Assembly (NCBI GenBank): GCA_963718525.1
Contig: OY970355.1
Coordinates: forward strand, 2,496,001 to 2,560,000
Direction of reading: 5' to 3'
Source: Candidatus Dormiibacterota bacterium
Lineage (GTDB): Bacteria; Chloroflexota; Dormibacteria; Aeolococcales; Aeolococcaceae
DNA length: 64,000 bases
Position numbers and translations under genes: made by a program. Below are positions 59,378 to 64,000 of the stretch, piece by piece. Each line of letters opens with the position of its first letter. Within the stretch, counting starts at the first letter, position 1. The notes beneath the pieces were generated by a model. That model made no database searches. It had not been told where the DNA came from and saw nothing but the letters and a program-made list of their open reading frames with translations.

Positions 59378-59914
59378 CTATTCCCGCTCCCGGCGTTTCC
59401 GCCGCGATCCAGTCTCGGAGGGAAGGGCGTCGATGCCCTTGCGAACAGTGGTTGCCGCTCGCATCAACTGGTCCTCGAGGCGAAGCATGACGTCGCGGGC
59501 GTATGCATCGGCCTCGCTGCACGTCTTGGCGGCGCGCTCCTCGGCATCGGCCAGCACGGTCCGGGCATGCGCTCGAGCCTGCTCGGCAATTTCGTGATCC
59601 CCCACCATGACCGCTGCTCGGGCCCCGGCTTCATCGACGATGCGAGCGGCCTCGGCCTCGGCGCGGGAAAGGATCCGCTCCGCCTCCTGCTCGGCTTCAA
59701 TCAGGACGCGGCGCTGGTCCTCGAGCAGATGGCGAGCCTGCATCAACTCGTCGGGAAGGCCGAGCCTGGTGCGATCGATGAGTTCCAGCACCTCGTCCTC
59801 GTTGACGACCACACCGGCGGTGAACGGCACGCGCCGTCCCGTGCTCACCAGTTCCTCGAGTTGATCGACGAGGTCGATCACCGTGGGTTCGGCGTTCTCG
59901 GGCGGATTGGTCAC
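59378..59914 (-). CDS. Conserved coiled-coil protein downstream of coaD (SepIVA/DivIVA-like)
   Basis: LVDQLEELV..G.RVPFT..VVV...E.L.LID..R..LP.EL.QA, then coiled coil with EAD.YA; conserved coaD-X-rpmF position. Confidence 0.8.
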   Translation of the reverse strand: MTNPPENAEPTVIDLVDQLEELVSTGRRVPFTAGVVVNEDEVLELIDRTRLGLPDELMQARHLLEDQRRVLIEAEQEAERILSRAEAEAARIVDEAGARAAVMVGDHEIAEQARAHARTVLADAEERAAKTCSEADAYARDVMLRLEDQLMRAATTVRKGIDALPSETGSRRKRRERE

Positions 59915-60423
59915 GTGGATCGCGCCTCATGTCGGCGGTGTTCCGCGAAGCGTCGCTGCATGGCTTCGACACTCACCGGCGGTGCCATCTCGCTGACGTT
60001 GCCGCCGAGGTGGCACACCTCCTTGATCAACGACGAGGAGATGAACACGTTGGAGAACGACGTCATGAGAAAGACCGTGTTCACGGCGGGGTTGAGGCGA
60101 CGGTTCATCAGCGCCATCTGGAACTCCGACTCGAAGTCGCTGATGACCCGGAGCCCGCGCACGATCGCGATCGCGCCCGTGGCCGCGGCGAAATCGACGG
60201 TGAGGCCGTTGAAGGTGGTCACCTCGATGTGCGCCCGCGATTCAAGGGTTGCATGGATCATGTCGACTCGTTCGGCGGCGGTGAACAGCGGCGTCTTGCC
60301 CGGGTTCTCCAGCACCCCGACCACCACCTTGTCGAAGATCGCGGCGGCGCGGTCCAGGATGTCGAGGTGTCCGAAGGTCACCGGATCGAAGCTGCCGGGG
60401 TAAACGGCGATGCGCTCGCTCAC
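59911..60423 (-). CDS. coaD: Phosphopantetheine adenylyltransferase
   Basis: AVYPGSFDPVTFGHLDI, RGLR..SDFE.E.QMA..NR, ISSS..KE. Start GTG 60423. Confidence 0.97.
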   Translation of the reverse strand: MSERIAVYPGSFDPVTFGHLDILDRAAAIFDKVVVGVLENPGKTPLFTAAERVDMIHATLESRAHIEVTTFNGLTVDFAAATGAIAIVRGLRVISDFESEFQMALMNRRLNPAVNTVFLMTSFSNVFISSSLIKEVCHLGGNVSEMAPPVSVEAMQRRFAEHRRHEARST

Positions 60424-61025
60424 GCTGTTCCGTCCGATGGTGCAGCGGTTCGCTGCAGGAAGCTGATGGTGGTCAGGCCGTAACGCGCCTCGCGAAACCG
60501 TGTGAGCCTGCCGATCTGCTCGGGGATGTCGCGGGCGCGGTGATGTTCGCACACGACAAGACGCGGTGGAGCCGTTCCGAGCAATTCGAGGACGCTGTCC
60601 AGCTCAGGGTCCCGGTATGGGGCGTCCACGTAACAGAGATCGGCCAGGGCGGTTTGCTCCGCCGCCCCACGGAGCCAGCGCCGGACCTCCGCGCCCACCA
60701 GCGTGCAGCGGTCGCGGCAGCCGAAGCGTTCGGCGGTCTTCGCGATCAACGCCAGCGCCTCGCGATGACGTTCGACGAAGGTGACGGAGGCCGCTCCGCG
60801 TGACAACGCTTCGAAGCCCAGCGTTCCGGCGCCGGCGTACAGGTCGATCATGCGCGCGCCCACGACGGTCGGCCCGAGAATGTCGAACAACGATTGGCGG
60901 ACCATCGCCCGCGTGGGCCGTACCTCGCGTCCGGAGGGGGTGGCGACCACGCGCCCCCGCCACTCCCCTGCGGTGATCCTGGTCTGAGCCACCCGCGGTG
61001 TTGCGCTCTTCAGGCGAGGAGGCAT
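60420..61025 (-). CDS. rsmD: 16S rRNA m2G966 methyltransferase RsmD
   Basis: RI.AG.WRGR, VRPT, DLYAG.G.LG.EALSRGA, DAPY, EH, YG.T. Confidence 0.93.
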   Translation of the reverse strand: MPPRLKSATPRVAQTRITAGEWRGRVVATPSGREVRPTRAMVRQSLFDILGPTVVGARMIDLYAGAGTLGFEALSRGAASVTFVERHREALALIAKTAERFGCRDRCTLVGAEVRRWLRGAAEQTALADLCYVDAPYRDPELDSVLELLGTAPPRLVVCEHHRARDIPEQIGRLTRFREARYGLTTISFLQRTAAPSDGTA

Positions 61026-61046
61026 GGAGCCACGAGCCGGCGCTCG

Positions 61047-63134
61047 CTAGTCAATATCGAAGACCGCACGGTAGCCGTTCATCGCCTCTGACAACGGTTG
61101 CCACGCGGCGAGGTCCGGGTCGTTGTCCAACCACGCGAGCGCAGCCTGACGGGCACGCCGTCCGAGCGCCACGTCGAGGAGGTCGGCCGCGAGCATCTCG
61201 GGAAGGCCGTGCTGGCGCAGACCGACCAACTGCCCCGGTCCGCGGAGCTGGAGATCCAGCTCGGCGAGCTCAAAGCCGCTATCGGTCGAGGCGACGGCCG
61301 CGAGGCGCTTCGACCCCTCCTCGTCGATACCGCCTTCGAAAAGCAGGCAGTACGACTGGTGCTGGTCCCGCCCCACGCGACCGCGAAATTGATGCAGCTG
61401 CGCCAAACCGAAGCGCTCCGCACCCTCGATGACCATGATCGTCGCGTTGGGAACGTCGACGCCGACCTCGACCACGCTCGTGGCGACGAGCACGTCGGCG
61501 TCACCCCGCACGAAGCGTTCCATCCGCTCGGTTTTCTCTCGTGCGGGCATGCGGCCGTGGAGCAGTTCGACGCGCAGATCGGGAAAGACTGTGGTGCTGA
61601 GACGCTCGTACTCGGCGGTGGCGCTTCGTGCGCCGAGCTTGTCCGATTCCTCGATGAGTGGACAGATGACGAACGCCTGGCGCCCCTTGCGCACCTCGTT
61701 CCTGACGAAGTCGTATGCCTGCTGGCGTGCCTCTGGTAGGACGACCCGGGTCACAACCGGATGCCGGCCGGGGGGCATCTCACGCAGTTCGCTCAGGTCG
61801 ACGTCCCCGTAGAGCGTGTTCGACAGTGAGCGCGGGATCGGGGTCGCGGTCATTGCAAGATAGTTCGGCATGGCTCCCGACGTCTGGCGCAGACGTCGCC
61901 GCTGGGCCACCCCGAAACGATGCTGCTCGTCGACCACGACGAGGCCCAGGTTCACCATCGCGACGTCGTCCTCGATGAGTGCGTGAGTCCCGACGATGAG
62001 CGAGTCGTGGCCGCCCGCCAGGCCGGCGAGAATCTCCCGGCGCGCCGCCGCGGATGTGCTGCCCACCAGCAGCCGGGGCGGGAGACCATGCTGAGACAGC
62101 AACTTGTCGAGGGTGGCGTGATGCTGCCGCGCGAGGATCTCCGTCGGCGCCATCACCGCGGTCTGGAAACCGGCGTGGTGGGTCATGAGCGCGGCGAGCG
62201 CCGCCACCACCGTCTTTCCGCTCCCGACGTCACCCTGGAGCAGCCGGTTCATCGGACCGGGCGCGGCGAGGTCGGTGAGGATCTCGTGCCCGGCGACACG
62301 CTGCCCGTCGGTGAGCTTGAACGGCAGCGTCGCGACAAACTTCCGTGCCACCTCGATGTCGTAGCCGACGATCACGCCCGGTCCGCTCATCCGCCGCCGG
62401 CGCGCGCGCTCCGCGGCGACCTGGAGCAGGAACAGCTCCTCAAAGGCGATCCGCTCGCGGGCTTGCGCAGCGGTCGCGAGACTGTCCGGCACGTGCACTT
62501 GATAGATCGCCTCGGCGATCGACATCAGCCCCTCGGACTCACGGACTGACGGGGGCAGGCGATCGGGCAGCTGGGTCGCGAAGCCGAGCAGCGGCTCGAT
62601 GTGCGAGCGCAGGAAGCGTGACGTGATGCCCTGGGTCTCGGGGTAGACGGGTGCGAGTGCTCCAACGTGGCGCTGATCCCGCCCCGCGCGCTCGAACACG
62701 GGGCTGCGAAAGCTCAGCCCGGTCCTCGACATCTCGACCTTGCCGCTGAGCATCAGCTCCATTCCCGGTTTCAACTGACGCATGAGGAACGGCTGGTTGA
62801 ACCACACCGCCGTCGCAACGCCGCCGCTCTCGTCCTCGAGCGTCGCCTCGATCAGCGGCACCTTCTTGTACGGGCTCTTTCGCGCGCTCACGTTGCGAAT
62901 CGTGACGTGCGCGGTCTGCACCGTCCCGGTCTCCAGCATCCGCAGCGGGACCGTTTCCCGCGTGTCCTCGTAGCGCCGCGGAAGGTGGAACAGGAGGTCA
63001 CGAATGGTGGTGAGCCCCAGCTTCTGGAGGCGCTGCGCCTGGCGCGGTCCGACGCCCGTGATGCGAGATACCGGGAGGTCGAGCTCGATGGGCACATGGT
63101 CCGACGTCACGACCGAAAACGGTTGCAGACTCAC
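61047..63134 (-). CDS. recG: ATP-dependent DNA helicase RecG
   Basis: GVGP, PRRYED, MNRLLQGDVGSGKT, DEQHRFGV.QR, MTATPIPR, QLHQ.RGRVGR, DLQLRGPG. Start may be GTG 63095. Confidence 0.97.
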   Translation of the reverse strand: MSLQPFSVVTSDHVPIELDLPVSRITGVGPRQAQRLQKLGLTTIRDLLFHLPRRYEDTRETVPLRMLETGTVQTAHVTIRNVSARKSPYKKVPLIEATLEDESGGVATAVWFNQPFLMRQLKPGMELMLSGKVEMSRTGLSFRSPVFERAGRDQRHVGALAPVYPETQGITSRFLRSHIEPLLGFATQLPDRLPPSVRESEGLMSIAEAIYQVHVPDSLATAAQARERIAFEELFLLQVAAERARRRRMSGPGVIVGYDIEVARKFVATLPFKLTDGQRVAGHEILTDLAAPGPMNRLLQGDVGSGKTVVAALAALMTHHAGFQTAVMAPTEILARQHHATLDKLLSQHGLPPRLLVGSTSAAARREILAGLAGGHDSLIVGTHALIEDDVAMVNLGLVVVDEQHRFGVAQRRRLRQTSGAMPNYLAMTATPIPRSLSNTLYGDVDLSELREMPPGRHPVVTRVVLPEARQQAYDFVRNEVRKGRQAFVICPLIEESDKLGARSATAEYERLSTTVFPDLRVELLHGRMPAREKTERMERFVRGDADVLVATSVVEVGVDVPNATIMVIEGAERFGLAQLHQFRGRVGRDQHQSYCLLFEGGIDEEGSKRLAAVASTDSGFELAELDLQLRGPGQLVGLRQHGLPEMLAADLLDVALGRRARQAALAWLDNDPDLAAWQPLSEAMNGYRAVFDID

Positions 63135-63163
63135 AGCCGGTCCATCGTCTCAGGCCGGCCCGA

Positions 63164-64000
63164 TCAGTCCGCGCCGAGGCAGGCAACTCCGAGACCACCA
63201 GGCCCGCTGTACGCGCCGACGACGGGACCGATCCGGCCCAGCACCGCCGTGACGTTCGAGACCGCCGTCCCCAACCGCGCCTCGAGCTCTCCCATCGATT
63301 CGGAGGCAGCCGCATGAAACTCGGCCAGACTGCGCAGCGGTGCGCGGGCGCGAACCTGCTCGACAATCATGTCGATGCCCTTCGACAGGCTGCGCGGCCT
63401 GGCGAGTGGGACGACCTCGCCGTCGCGCACTGCGATCAACGGTTTGACGTTGAGCAGGCCGCCGACGAATGCCTGCGCGCGCCCGATGCGCCCGCCCCGG
63501 TGCAGGTAGGTGAGCGTGTCGAGCAGGACCAGGATGGTCACCTTGCTGCGCCGGCGCGTCGCCTTGTCCGCGACGGCTGTTGCTGTGTCGCCCGCCTTGA
63601 TGTCGTCGATCGCCGCGCGCACGAGGAGTTGCAGCCCACCGCTCACGCTTTCGGTGTCCACGAGGTGGATCCGAGCCGGGTCGAACTCCTGGGCCGCGAG
63701 TGCCGCCGACTGCAGCGTGCCACTCAGCTTGGTCGAAATATGCAGCCCGACAACCTCGTCCTGCGGATCGGCCAGCAACGTCCTGTACAGCGAGGCGAAG
63801 GCGTCGGGCGACGGCTGCGACGTCGTCGGATGCACGTCGCTGCGCTGGAGTTTCGCGTAGAACTCATCCGCGTCGATATCCACACCATCGCGGTATTGCT
63901 CCTCGCCGAAACGGACGATGAGGGGCACGACATGAACACCCAGGGCCTGCGCATCCGACGGAGCGATATCGGACGTGCTGTCGGTGACCAGGTGGATCAA
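63164..64000 (-). CDS. DegV-family fatty-acid-binding protein (FakB-like); start at the window edge
   Basis: VTDSTSD, VPL.V, PTTSQPS, IS.KLSGT, L.YL.RGGRIG, NVKP, GP. Confidence 0.93.
   Translation of the reverse strand: MIHLVTDSTSDIAPSDAQALGVHVVPLIVRFGEEQYRDGVDIDADEFYAKLQRSDVHPTTSQPSPDAFASLYRTLLADPQDEVVGLHISTKLSGTLQSAALAAQEFDPARIHLVDTESVSGGLQLLVRAAIDDIKAGDTATAVADKATRRRSKVTILVLLDTLTYLHRGGRIGRAQAFVGGLLNVKPLIAVRDGEVVPLARPRSLSKGIDMIVEQVRARAPLRSLAEFHAAASESMGELEARLGTAVSNVTAVLGRIGPVVGAYSGPGGLGVACLGAD

Noticed and set aside
1-64000. tRNA, rRNA, CRISPR arrays, IS elements, defence systems
   Set aside because: None recognised. Intergenic gaps are short (under about 160 bp) and lack cloverleaf, repeat-spacer or terminal-repeat patterns.

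Overview
This window is a densely packed stretch of core chromosome from a very GC-rich bacterium. About 68 CDS are present, nearly all on the minus strand and often joined by ATGA/GTGA overlaps. No rRNA, tRNA, CRISPR, integrase or transposase was seen. In the direction of transcription (right to left) the blocks are: degV-recG-rsmD-coaD-sepIVA-like-rpmF-fabD-fabG-acpP-rnc-smc-ftsY; an inserted tetR-MFS cassette; ylxM-ffh-rpsP-khpA-rimM-trmD-rplS-yraN; an inverted threonine-aldolase-like gene; comM-dprA-topA-hslV-hslU; rpsB-tsf-pyrH-frr-uppS-cdsA-dxr-rseP-ispG-proS; an inverted sat-cysC-lysR cassette; rel-orf-hisS-aspS; an anti-sigma/SigF(SigB)-type pair; alaS-ftsA-like-membrane protein-ruvX-aroE-prepilin peptidase-PH protein; and aroC-aroKB-aroQ-efp-asp23-nusB-xseA-xseB-tlyA-nadK. 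The mix of Firmicutes-like and Actinobacteria-like gene order suggests a monoderm Terrabacteria lineage such as Chloroflexota-related or Dormibacterota (inference only). The best candidate for an undescribed system is an orphan FtsA-like actin ATPase coupled to a single-pass membrane protein with a large extracytoplasmic, baseplate-J-like domain, embedded in the alaS-ruvX operon. Other notable signals are: an XseB ending in an SSB-type DDVPF tip; an RNase III with an RNase E-like tail (amphipathic helix plus Arg/RGG tracts); an Arg32-type EF-P; a palindrome over the ylxM-ffh start; and repeated leaderless-type promoters. All assignments come from motif reading by eye; no database searches were run.
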